This document shows positions 27,063 to 46,959 of a DNA stretch of 64,000 nt, one piece after another. The notes beneath the pieces are model-generated. The model did no database searches. It saw only the letters and a program-made list of their open reading frames with translations, and was not told the DNA's origin. Within the stretch, counting starts at the first letter, position 1, and each line of letters begins with the position of its first letter. The position numbers and the translations under genes are program-made. Source of the DNA: Heptranchias perlo. Taxonomy: Eukaryota. The stretch spans positions 4,464,001-4,528,000 of the forward strand of contig NC_090364.1 of assembly GCF_035084215.1 (NCBI RefSeq). Direction: 5' to 3'.

Positions 27063-28704
27063 TTGTGAGGACCCCCTCGCCTCTGCCAATCCTGTAGCAG
27101 TGATGACTTTTTTGTGACTTTGTACAAAGCTGAGATCTGGGCTCTTGATGTGAAATGTAATAGTAACTGTCAATAAACTGTAACATTGAACTGGAGACAT
27201 CATAAAGTGAGTGGTGGCTTAAACTGAAAAATAACAGACTTCAGTTTATGTTGAACAAGAATTACACTGGGCTGTGGAACAACTTTATGGGATTCAGTCC
27301 TGTGTAAATGTTTTTCTTTCTCCTTCTTCCACGCCCCCCCCCCCCCACCACTCTCTGGAATAATTCTAATTTATTGACTTGAATGTGCAGGGTCTCATGG
27401 TGAGGATCTACCGTCAATTCTGTGTGTACCTTGAATGCAAATTGTATTTGAAACCAGCAGTGAAGAGCAATGCTGTGATACAAGTTCCTGATCGTACTGG
27501 TGATGAATATTCTCTTTGCATGAATTACAACTCTCTTTCCAAAACCCACCCCACTACAACAAAATATCAGCTGCTAAAACATTGTGTGTTGTTAAATCAG
27601 CAGGACAGTGAAGTAATGGTAAACCATATCAATCCAATGTACAATTCTATTTAAGAAAAGTATCGACCCTAAGATGAGTAGGTTAGGATTTTATTAAATT
27701 AAGTGGTTACAGATCTCATTCAGGTAGCACTGTGGGATACACAGGAAGTAGTTCATTAAATCAAACTCATCATTGCTACTAAAGGCCTTCGAGTAAACTT
27801 TGTGGTCAGACCAGTACTGTGTGAACTCGTAGTACTAAGGGACCTACAATTGGGGGAGGGAATTAACCAGGATTGGTACATTTGCTCACTATCCACTGGC
27901 CTCTTAAGGCAAAGTATGGATTCCCCAGGGGGAAAAGATTGGCCCTCGGTTTGGAGGGCTTCTTTCTTTCCTCCACCGCGTGCCTGCCCCCACAAATGGT
28001 TGAATAACCTGTGAACGCTCTTGGCTCATGTAAATAAGCAATTGGGTTCGGTACTGAAGGGGGAGTAATACCTGTGGGACTAACTATACTCCAGCAAAAT
28101 ATAATCCTTCTGGAAGGAGTAAAAATATTGAAATGCACAAAACAAAATTTAAACCAAGTTAAATAGATATTTTGCCTGAAACTCATCCACATCCCTGGTC
28201 CATCAATTCATAAACACAATACGACCAGCTCCTCCATAAATAGATCAATTTGCCTTTAGTTCCATTGTGCATTTCATATCAAATTGTAATCATCCTTTCC
28301 AAATCCTGTTGGTTTTCCATTTGTCTCCTTCACCCCGATGAATGGATTCAAATGCTGATGCTGTAATTATCCAGTGTTTCCAAGTGAAGTTTAGGAACTT
28401 AGTTGTGAACTGCACTGGGTGTGATGGAATTGCAGTCTTCAGTCATTCCACGTTAATGTCTTTCCATTTCTCAAACACTTTTGGGGGAACAACATTTCAT
28501 ACGTTGGTGAGTCACAGTTCTAGCTGTTGGTTGGATTTGTTGACGGCTTCATATTTTGAGCAAAAAGTCTTCAGCTCACTCTGTGCTGGATGTGGATCAG
28601 CTGCAAACATTCCCCACGTGGAGATCTCAACCGGGCTGTTCACACCTCATAAAAAAAATTAGGTCAATATTCACCTCGTTCCGTGCTGATACATTTCCTA
28701 CAAA

Positions 28705-29072
28705 GAAGTGCGGCCAATAAAGTAACTGTTGTAATGTAGAAGTGAATTTTCCCACAGCAATATCCCACAAACAGCAATGAAATAAAGACCAGATAATCTG
28801 TTTTAGTGATGTTGGTTGAGGGAGCAATATTGGCCAAGACAGTGGGGAGAACTCCCCTGCTCTTCCTCAAAACCATGCCAAGGGATCTTTTACATCCACC
28901 CGAGAGGGCAGACAGGGCCTCGGTTTAATGTCTCATCTGAAAGATGACATCTCTGACAGTGCATCGCTCCCTCAGCTCAGCCTAGATTTTGTCCTCAAGT
29001 CTATAGATTGAGACTTGAACCCACAACCTTCTGACTCTGAGGTGAGAGTGCTGCCACTGAGCCACAGCTGAC
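28705..29072 (-). mobile_element. tRNA-headed DeuSINE (SacSINE1/AmnSINE-like)
   Basis: Minus strand begins gtcagctgtggctcagtgg (A box) ... gggttcaagtc (B box), then the Deu-like core gagacattaaaccgaggcc...gtaaaagatccc. Confidence 0.75.
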
Positions 29073-29525
29073 ACAAATGGAGATGTTTGTGTGGGTGACA
29101 TTGCATTCAGTAATCTTCACTCCCTCTCATTCTCGCTGAATATCCTGAATTTTACCAAACAACATTTCATGAGAATTAAAATCAAAACAATTACACATCC
29201 CACAATGCTTTGCCCAGTTGATGCCCCCATGCTGCCAATCCTCAGACACACCCATTCTCTATATTAGAACTGGGGACGATTCACACCATCCATGGGATGG
29301 AATTTCCATTTCTCTGTCCAATGGTTGGTTTACAAATTCACTCAAGATGACTTGATTGCGTTGAATATTGTCTCAGTGTCACAATTACTTACAAGTAATA
29401 AACTTGGCCAGATTATGAAAAGCAACTTCAGTGAAAATATTAAATTATCAAATAATTCAAAGTTATGATTCTGAAAGATTTATCCAAAGAGGCACATTTA
29501 GGGAGGTCAAAGAACCCAAAAAGCA

Positions 29526-29870
29526 TCAAAGGTGACCATCCACAGGTCCTGGCTGGATGCGGCCCGTGGGGGCGGTCGCTCCGACTCTCTGCCTCGCTCC
29601 GCAGCATTCTCTGCGCCCGGGTGGCCCTGGAGAGGGAGCACACGGTGTCTGCTGGTAAACTTGAGGCTTTCCGAGACCGGTGGGAGGCGCAGAGCTCGGA
29701 GTACGTCCTCGACTCCGACAATAAAGTTATGATTTGAATCTGGTTTTGTTGGATTTCGTAATAAAGAAATGAAGGTGACAAAAATACAGGTGACACTGGG
29801 TCTAAAGACAGCAACACAAGTGCCCCATCTTAGAATTATTTTAGTCAAACAGAAGAAAAGAGGGAAAAAC
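29526..29870 (+). mobile_element. Old 5'-truncated Tx1 fragment in the ferritin 2 promoter, sense orientation
   Basis: Encodes ARVALEREHTVSAGKLEAFRDRW (ORF2 C-terminus); flanked by the 13-bp direct repeat aacccaaaaagca (29513-29525, 29871-29883). Confidence 0.85.
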
Positions 29871-30165
29871 AACCCAAAAAGCAGTGACATCACCGAGACC
29901 AATCACCCAAACCAGCCTGTATTCCAAAGCTCTGATTGGCTCTGGGTATCAACCCCTCCCCCACACCCCCTCTCCTTTGTTAATTGGTGCCTGGATTTAT
30001 GGAAGATTCCTGATTGGCTATCAGGGATTGTCAATCATCATTGGTGATGTCATTCCTTGCTCAAATGGAGGCGGTCCCAATAGTATAAATACAAGAGCTT
30101 GTGAGTGAAGAGGGTAGTTCTAGAATTGTCCAGGTGATAGTGAAGAGTGATAACAGAAATAGATG

Positions 30166-32564
<2,399 letters not shown>

Positions 32565-34221
32565 ACTGACTGCAGGGATAAAGCTTATTGTCTCGTGCTC
32601 CTGTTTATATAGTTGTGAGGACCTCACCTTTACCAATCCTGTAGTAGTGATGATTTTTGTGACTTTGTATAAAGCTGCGATCTGGGCTCTTGATGTGAAA
32701 TGTAATAGTAACTGTCAATAAACTGTAACATTGAACTGGAGACATCATAAAGTGAGTGGTGGTTTAAACTGGAAAAATAACAGACTTCAGTTTACATTGA
32801 ACAAGAATTACACTGGGCTGTGGAACAACTTCATGGGCTTCAGTCCTGTGTAAATGTTTTTCTTTCCCTCCTGGAATAATTCCAATTTATTGACTTGGAT
32901 GTTCATGGTGAGGATCTAACTTCAATTCTGTGTGTACCTTGAATGCAAATTGTATTTGAAACCAGCAATGCTGTGATACAAGTTCCTGTTACTACTAGTG
33001 ATGAATATTCTCATTGCATAAATGACAACTCTCTTTTCAAAACCCACCCCACTACAACAAAATATCAGCTGATGTAACATTGTGTGCTATTAAATCACCA
33101 GGGCAGTGAGCTAATGTTAAACCATATCAATCCAATGTACAATTCTATTTAAGAAAAGTATCTACCTTGAGCTGTGCAGGCTAGGTTTTTAAAGTAAGTG
33201 GTTACAGATCTCATTCAGGTATCAGTGTGGAATACATTGAAGGTAGTTTATTAAACCAAACTCATTATTACTGGTAAAGGCCTTTGAGTAAACTTTGTGG
33301 TCAGACCAGTACTGTGTGAACTTGTAGGTCCTTCAGGACTATAATTGGGAGAAGGAATCAACCAGGATTGGCACATTTGCTTACTATCCACTGGCCTCTT
33401 ACGGCAAAGTATGGATTCCCTAGAAGGAAAAGATTGGGGCTCAGTATGGAGGCTTCCTTGTTCCCATCCCCAATGGTTGAATAACCTGTGAACACTCTTG
33501 ACTCACATGAATAAGCAATGGGGTTCGGTACTGAAGGGGGAGTAATACCTGTGGGATTAACTATACTCCAGCAAAATGTAATTCTTCTGCAAGGAGTAAA
33601 AACATTTAATTAAATGCCCAAAACAAATAATTTAAACCAAGTTAAATAGATATTTTGCCTGAAACTCATCCACATTGCTATTCCATCAATTCATAAACAC
33701 AATACAACCAGCTCCACTATAAATATATCAATTTGCCTTTAGTTCCGTTGTGCATTTCATATCAAATTGTAATCATCCTTTCCAAATCCTGTTGGTTCTC
33801 CATTTATCTCCTTCACCCCGATGAGTGGATTCAGATGCTGATGCTGTAATTATCCAATGTTTACAAGTGAAATTTAGGAACTTAGTTGTGAACTGCACTG
33901 GGTGTGATGGAATTGCAGTCTTCAGTCATTCCACGTTAATGTCTTTCCATCTCTCAAAAACACTTTTGGGGGATCAACATTTCATACATTGGTCAGTCAC
34001 TGTACTAGCTTTGGATTTGCTGATCGGTTTGACGGCTTCATATTTTAAGCAAAATGTCTTCAGCTCACTCTGTGCTGGATGTGGATCAGCTGCAAACATT
34101 TCCCCCACATGGAGGTCTCAACCGGGCTAATGGTTAACTGTTTATACCTCACAAAAAAAATTAGATCAATGTTCACCTCGTTCCGTGCTGATACATTTCC
34201 TACAGCCTGACTACAAAGAAG

Positions 34222-34585
34222 TGCGGCCAATGAAGTAACTGTTGTAATGGAGAAGTGAATTTGCCCACAGCAAGATCCCACAAACAGCAATGAAATAAAG
34301 ACCAGATAATCTGTTTTAGTGATGTTGGTTGAGGGATCAATATTTGCCAAGATAGGGGGGAGAACTCCGCTGCTCTTCCTCAAAATAGTGCTGAGGGATC
34401 TTTTACATCTACCCGATAGGGCAGATGGGGCCTCGGTTTAATGTCTCATCTGAAAGACTCTATCTCTGACAGTGCATCGCTCCCTCAGCTCAGCTTAGAC
34501 TTTGTCCTCAAGTCGATTGAGTGGGACTTGAACCCACAAACTTCTGACTCTGAGGTGAGAGTGCTACCACTGAGCCACAGCTGAC
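34222..34585 (-). mobile_element. DeuSINE copy (duplicated with the ferritin unit)
   Basis: Same sequence and position in the unit as 28705-29072. Confidence 0.75.
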
Positions 34586-35320
34586 ACAAATGGAGATGTT
34601 TGTGTGGGTGACATTGCATTCAGTAATCTTCACTCCCTCTCATTCTCGCTGAATATCCTGAATTTTACCAAACAACATTTCATGAGAATCAAACATAAAA
34701 ATGACACATCCCACAATGCTTTGCACAGTTGATGCCCCCATGCTGCCAATCCTCAGACACACCCATTCTCTATATTAGAACTGGGGACGATTCACACCAT
34801 CCATGGGATGGAATTTCCATTTCTCTGTCCAATGGTTGGTTTGCAAATTCACTCAAGACTACTTGATTGCTTTGAATATTGTCTCAACATTACAATTACG
34901 AACAAGTAATAAATTTGACCAGATTATGAAAAGTCACTTCAGTGAAAATATCAAATTATTATCAAATAATTCAAAGTTGTCATTCTGAGAGATTTAAACA
35001 AAGAGAAACTTTCAGATTTGAGCGACGTTAATGTCCCCAAAAGCAGTGACATCACCGAGACTGATAATCCAAATCGGCCTTTATTCCAAACCTCTGATTG
35101 GCTCTGGGTATCAACCCCTCCCCACACTGCCTCTCTGTTAATTGGTTCAATGGACGATTCCTGATTGGCTATTAGTGATTGTCAATCATCATTGGTAATG
35201 CCATTGCTGACCAAAATGCAGGCAATCCCAGTCATATAAATACAAGAGCTTGTGAGAGAAGAGGTTAGTTTGAGAACTTCTTGAGTAATAGTTGAAAGTA
35301 CTAATATTGAAATAGTGATA

Positions 35321-37655
<2,335 letters not shown>

Positions 37656-39209
37656 ACTGACTGCAGGAATAAAGCTTTGGTCGTGCTCCTGTTTATATAA
37701 TGTGTGCGAGACCCCCATCCTGTCGCAGTGATGACTTTTGTGACTTTGTACAAAGCTGAGACCTGGGGTCTTGATTTGAAATGTAATCGTAGCTGGAAAT
37801 AAACTGTTAACATTGAACTGGATTTTGTTGTGTAATAACTTGGAAAAATAAGCAATCACTTAATTTAACATTTAGTTTCTGTCAAACAAGAATTACACTA
37901 GGCTGTGGAACAACTTCATGGGATTAAGACCTTGTAAAGTTTTTTCCCCTGCTGGGGTCATTCCAATTTATTGACTTTGATGTTCAGGGCCACATGTTGA
38001 AGATCTAATTTTAATTCTGTGTACCTTGATTGTATTTGTGCATTTCAAACATTGCTCTTCACTGCTGGTTTGAATGCAATGCTGTGATACAAGTTACTGC
38101 TACCATTGGTGATGAATATTCTCCTTGCAAAAATGGCAACTTTCTTTAACCCCTCCGTGCAACAAAATATCAGCTGCTGTAATGTTTTTCCCTGGTTGAA
38201 AAACACCAAGGAAGTGTGCTAGTGTTAAATAATTTCAGTCCAATGAACAATCCTATTTAAGGAAGGTATCTGCCCTTGGATGAGGTGTTTACTAAGGGTT
38301 TTTAAATAAAGCTGCTACAGATCTCATTCAGTTATTACTGTGGGATACACTGGAGGGAGCTCACTAAACCAAACTCATCATTACTGTAGATGGTTGGGCA
38401 AGCTGTGTGGTAAAGCAGCAGATAACTGCTATACAGACCAGTATTGTGTGAACTCCTAAAGGTAAGGAGACTTCCCTTGGGTGAGGAGGGGGGGCAGTGG
38501 TAAAATCAACCAGAATTGCCACATTTGCTGACTATCCACTGACCTCTATGGAGAAAGTATGGATTCCCAGTGGGGAGAGGATTGGGCTTGGTTCTATGAA
38601 CTCACTTTCCACTGCCACCACCCTCATGATTAAGCCATTGGGTGAGGGACTCAAGGGAGAGTAATATCTGTGGGACTGTACTCCAGTGACATGTAATCCT
38701 TCTGGAAGCAAATAATTTGAATGAAGTTATAGATATTTTGACAAACTCCCACCATATCCCTGTTCTCAATACAATCAGCTCCTCCATAAATATATCAATT
38801 TGTATTTAGTCCTATTGTATATTTCATACCAAATAACAATCATCCTTTCCAAATCCTATTGGTTCTCCATTTGTCTCTGTCACCCCAATGAATGAATTCA
38901 AATATCGATGCTGCAGCTGTGATTATCCAGTGTTTACAAGTGAAGTTTACAAGCTCAGTTGTGAACTGCAGTGGGTGCGATGACATTGCAGTCTTCGGTC
39001 ATTCCACGTTAATGTCTTTGAAAATTCGACGACTTGATTGCATTGAATATTGTCTCAGCATCACAATTACTTAAAGTAATAAACTTGACCAGTGTATGAA
39101 AAGCCACTTCAGTGGAAATATCAAGTTATTATCAAATAGTTCAAAGTTGTGATTCCGAGAGATTGATACAAAGAGGCACTTTGAGGGAGGTCAAAGAACT
39201 CAAAAAGCA

Positions 39210-39789
39210 CCAAAGGTGACCATCCACAGGTCCAGGCTGGACGTGGCACGTGGGGGCGGTCGCTCTGAATCTCGTCTATCATTCTCTGCGACTGGATGGC
39301 CCTGGAGAGGGAGCACGCGGTGTCTGCCGTTATGCTTGAGGCTTTCCGCGACCGGTGGGCACCGGAGGGATTGGAGTGCATCCTGGATCAATACAATAAA
39401 ATTAGAATTTGACACTTATTTTGGGTTTATTGATTTGCTGCACATAAAAACACTCCCTAACCACCCCCCTCCCACCATACTTCTTATAAAAGGGGGGCCG
39501 AAAACAAAGAAGAAGAAAAGAAAACTAGACGAACATCACTAATAAAAAGTCAACCTAGAGAAAAAAAAACTTTCAATCTTATTCGTGTTTGGACAATTAG
39601 TTCCAAACGGGAAAGTTTAACTGGAGTTTGGAGCCCGTGTGGGGATTCGAGTGATCCATGGCCACAGAGCACCGAGGGAATGATTGGACCGTCAACCAGC
39701 CGGCACCAGTACCTCAGGCCAGTCCCACCGTCCCTTCAGAGCTCACTGACCTGCACAAAAAAAGTGCCCCATCTTAGAATTATTTTCGT
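39210..39789 (+). mobile_element. Old 5'-truncated Tx1 fragment plus extra 3' sequence in the ferritin 4 promoter
   Basis: ORF2 C-terminus, 3'UTR motif cttcttataaaaggggggcc, A-rich tract, ~250 bp of unrelated DNA; flanked by caaaaagca repeats. Confidence 0.85.
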
Positions 39790-39866
39790 CAAAAAGCATT
39801 GATATCACCAAGACCAAACACGCAAGCTCTGATTGGCTCTGGGTATCAATCCCTTCTCCACAATGC

Positions 39867-39908
39867 CCCTGTCCTTTGTTTTTTTTCTTTTTTACCCTGT
39901 CCTTTGTT
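39867..39908 (-). mobile_element. Poly(A)-tail-only retro-insertion with 14-bp target-site duplication
   Basis: ccctgtcctttgtt [ttttttctttttta] ccctgtcctttgtt; absent from the sister promoter at ~49198. Confidence 0.65.
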
Positions 39909-40090
39909 AATTGGTGCTTGGATTCATGGACGATTCCTGAGTGGTTATCGAGGATTGTCAATCATCATTGGTGATGTCATTCCTTGCTTCAATGCTGGCT
40001 GTCCCAGTCGTATAAATACAAGAGCTTGTGAATGAAGAGGGTAGTTGTAGAAGTGTCCAGGTGATAGTGAAAACATAGGATACAGGAAAG

Positions 40091-41988
<1,898 letters not shown>

Positions 41989-43570
41989 ACTGACTGCAGG
42001 GATAAAGTTTATTAGTGTTCATGTTCATGTTGTCTTGACACTCCCCCATCCTGTAGCAGTCATGACTTGTGTGGCTTTGTACAAAGAACTGAGACCTGGG
42101 CTCTTGTGAAATGTAATAGGAACTGTCAATAAATCGTTGAACTCGATTTTGTTGTCTCAAATTGAGTGGTTGCTGATTTCTCAGTAACCTAACTTAGTTT
42201 ACATCTAACAATTACATTGGGCAGTGTAAGAGTCAGTCCATTGTCAATTTAACCCCCCCCCCCTGCCATTCCTGTAGTAATTCCAATTTTTTGACTTGGA
42301 TGTTGACTATCTAATTTCAATTCTGTGTTTACCTTGAATACTAATAGCACATTCCAATCTTTGCTGGTTTTAATACAAGTTACTGTTACCACTGAATATT
42401 CTCTTTCCAAAATGGCATCTTCCTTTTTAAACATCCCCACTCCAGGACAAGATATCAGCTACTGTAACATTGTGTTAAAATATCAGGATAATGAGCTAAT
42501 GTTAAACCAGATCAGTCTGCTGAACAATCCCATTTCAAAAAAGTTATTGCTATGGGATACACTGGAGGTAGCTCATGAAACCAAACTCATCATTGCTGCT
42601 CTGGGCTTTCCAGTAAGCTTAGTGGTCAAACAATTGCAGACCAGTAATGTGAACTCAGTGTACTTGGGGGAGGGAGGCAATGAACATTGGCACATTTGCT
42701 TTGTATCCACTGGCTTCTTAGGGGACAGTATAGATTTGGTGGAGAAGTTATGGCTTGATTAAAAACTTTTTTTTTTGCCCCACGTTTGCACCCACTGTCC
42801 AGGTAAAGAACCTGCAACACTCACTGTTGATCTCATGAGAAGCAATTGAGTAATGTACTCATGGGAGAGTAATATCTGTGCAACTGAAATCCTTTTGGAA
42901 GGAGTAAATATATTTCATTGTTTAAATTTGCTTTTTGATTTCAAGTTAAATCGATATTTCTCCTGCAAAATCCTTCCACATCCCTGTCCCATCAATTCAT
43001 AAACCCAATACAATCAGCTCCTCCCTTAAATGTATCAATTTGTATTTGGTCCTATTGTGCATTTCATACCAAATAGTAATCATCCTTTCCAAATCCTATT
43101 GGTTCTCCATTTGTCACCTTCAACCCTATGAATGGATCAAATGTTGATGCTGTATCTGTAATTATCCAGTGTTTACAAGTGAAGTTTAGGAACTGAGTTG
43201 TGAACTGCACTGGGTGTGATGGAATTGCAGTCTTCAGTCATTCCACGTTAATGTCTGCTTCTCTCAAAAGCACTTTTGGGGGATCAATTTCACCACATTT
43301 CATTCATTGCTGAGCCACAATTGTACGAGTCGGTTGGATTTGCTGATGGCTTTGACGGCTTCATATTTCGAGCAAAAAGTATTCAGCTCACTCGATGTGC
43401 TGAACCTGGATGAGGATCAACTGCAAACATTCCCCACACGGAGGTCACAACTGGGCTAATGGGGGTGAACTGTTTGGCCTGTTTTTCATTTGAGGTGTAA
43501 TTCACACTGTGCTGATCCGTTCCCCACAATCTGATTGCAATGAAGCACGGCCAATAAGTACTTTTGAAAT

Positions 43571-45021
43571 TAAAAAAAAATTTTTTTTATTCGTTCACGG
43601 GATGTGGGCGTCGCTGGCAAGGCCGGCATTTATTGCCCATCCCTAATTGCCCTTGAGAAGGTGGTGGTGAGCCGCCTTCTTGAACCGCTGCAGTCCGTGT
43701 GGTGACGGTTCTCCCACAGTGCTGTTAGGAAGGGAGTTCCAGGATTTTGACCCAGCGACAATGAAGGAATGGCGATATATTTCCAAGTCGGGATGGTGTG
43801 TGACTTGGAGGGGAACGTGCAGGTGGTGTTGTTCCCATGCGCCTGCTGCCCTTGTCCTTCGAGGTGGTAGAGTTCGCGGGTTTGGGAGGTGCTGTTGAAG
43901 AAGCCTTGGCGAGTTGCTGCAGTGCATCCTGTGGATGGTGCACACTGCAGCCACAGTGCGCCGGTGGTGAAGGGAGTGAATGTTTAGGGTGGTGGATGGG
44001 GTGCCAATCAAGCGGGCTGCTTTATCTTGGATGGTGTCGAGCTTCTTGAGTGTTGTTGGAGCTGCACTCATCCAGGCAAGTGGAGAGTATTCCATCACAC
44101 TCCTGACTTGTGCCTTGTAGATGGTGGAAAGGCTTTGGGGAGTCAGGAGGTGAGTCACTCGCCGCAGAATACCCAGCCTCTGACCTGCTCTCGTAGCCAC
44201 AGTATTTATATGGCTGGTCCAGTTAAGTTTCTGGTCAATGGTGACCCCCAGGATGTTGATGGTGGGGGATTCGGCGATGGTAATGCCGTTGAATGTCAAG
44301 GGGAGGTGGTTAGACTCTCTCTTGTTGGAGATGGTCATTGCCTGGCACTTATCTGGCGCGAATGTTACTTGCCACTTATGAGCCCAAGCCTGGATGTTGT
44401 CCAGGTCTTGCTGCATGCGGGCACGGACTGCTTCATTATCTGAGGGGTTGCGAATGGAACTGAACACTGTGCAATCATCAGCGAACATCCCCATTTCTGA
44501 CCTTATGTTGGAGGGAAGGTCATTGATGAAGCAGCTGAAGATGGTTGGGCCTCGGACACTGCCCTGAGGAACTCCTGCAGCAATGCCCTGGGGCTGAGAT
44601 GATTGGCCTCCAACAACCACTACCATCTTCCTTTGCGCTAGGTATGACTCCAGCCACTGGAGAGTTTTCCCCCTGATTCCCATTGACTTCAATTTTACTA
44701 GGGCTCCTTGGTGCCACACTCGGTCAAATGCTGCCTTGATGTCAAGGGCAGTCACTCTCACCCCACCTCTGGAATTCAGCTCTTTTGTCCATGTTTGGAC
44801 CAAGGCTGTAATGAGATCTGGAGCTGAGTGGTCCTGGCGGAACCCAACTTAGCATCCGTGAGCAGGTTATTGGTGAGTAAGTGCCGCTTGATAGCACTGT
44901 TGACGACACCTTCCATCACGTTGCTGATGATTGAGAGTAGACTGATGGGGCGGTAATTGGCCGGATTGGATTTGTCCTGCTTTTTGTGGACAGGACATAC
45001 CTGGGCAATTTTCCACATTGT
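43571..45021 (-). mobile_element. 5'-truncated LINE (CR1/L2-group RT) inserted into a DeuSINE
   Basis: NYRPISLLS, ALDIKAAFDRVWH, GVPQGSV, FADD; frameshift near 44845; absent from the duplicate unit at ~52960. Confidence 0.88.
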
Positions 45022-45372
45022 CTGTTGTAATGTCAGAAACGCAGCAACCAAGATGGCCACAGCAAGATCCCACAAAGAACATGAAATATTGATTAGATAA
45101 TCTGTTTTAATTACATTGGTTGAGGGATAAATATTAGCAGAGACACCAGGGAGAACTCCCCTTCTCTCACTCAAATTAGTGCCATGGGATCTTTTACATC
45201 CTAAGTGAGCAGACGGGGCCTCGGTTTAATGTCTCATCCGACTGTACAGCACTCACTGGGTGCTGTGGTGAAGTATCAGCCTGGACTTTGTGCTCAAGTC
45301 CCTGGAGTGGGACTTGAACCCACAACCTTCTGACTCTGAGGTGAGAGTGCTGCCACTGAGTCACAGCTGACA
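45022..45372 (-). mobile_element. DeuSINE copy (interrupted by the LINE)
   Basis: Matches 52967-53315. Confidence 0.72.
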
Positions 45373-45941
45373 CAAATGGAGATGTTTGTGTGGGTGACAT
45401 TGCATTCAGTAATCTTCACTCCCTCTCATTCTCACTGAATATCCTGAATTTTACCAAACAACATTTCATGAGAATCAAAACCAAAACAATGACACATCCC
45501 ACAATGCTTTGCCCAGTTGATGCCCCCATGCTGCCAATCCTCAGACACACCCATTCTCTATATTAGAACTGGGGACGATTCACACCATCCATGGGATGGA
45601 ATTTCCATTTCTCTGACCAATGGATGGTTTGCAAATTCACGCAAGACTATTTGATTCCTTTGAATATTGTCTCAGCATCACAATTACTAACAAGTAATAA
45701 ACTTGACCAGATTATGAAAAGCCACTTCAGTGAAAATATCAAATTATTCTCAAATAATTCAAAGTTGTCATTCCAAGAGAGGGGAAGCTTGCCAAAAAGT
45801 GAAATAAATTGAGTTTCACTAGTAACAAATGTTTTCTATTTGAAAGCAATTAACATCATTAACTGGGGGAAAAAGAATGAATAGCTTTAAATTGGATAGT
45901 GATCTCGATCAAACATGATATTCTTAAAATTCTCTCCACAG

Positions 45942-46959
<1,018 letters not shown>

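Noticed and set aside
28342-28662. Repeated ORF MDSNADAVIIQC... in the spacers
   Set aside because: Length and frame differ among copies; no domain recognised.
28705-29072. tRNA gene
   Set aside because: The A/B boxes belong to a SINE head; no full cloverleaf.
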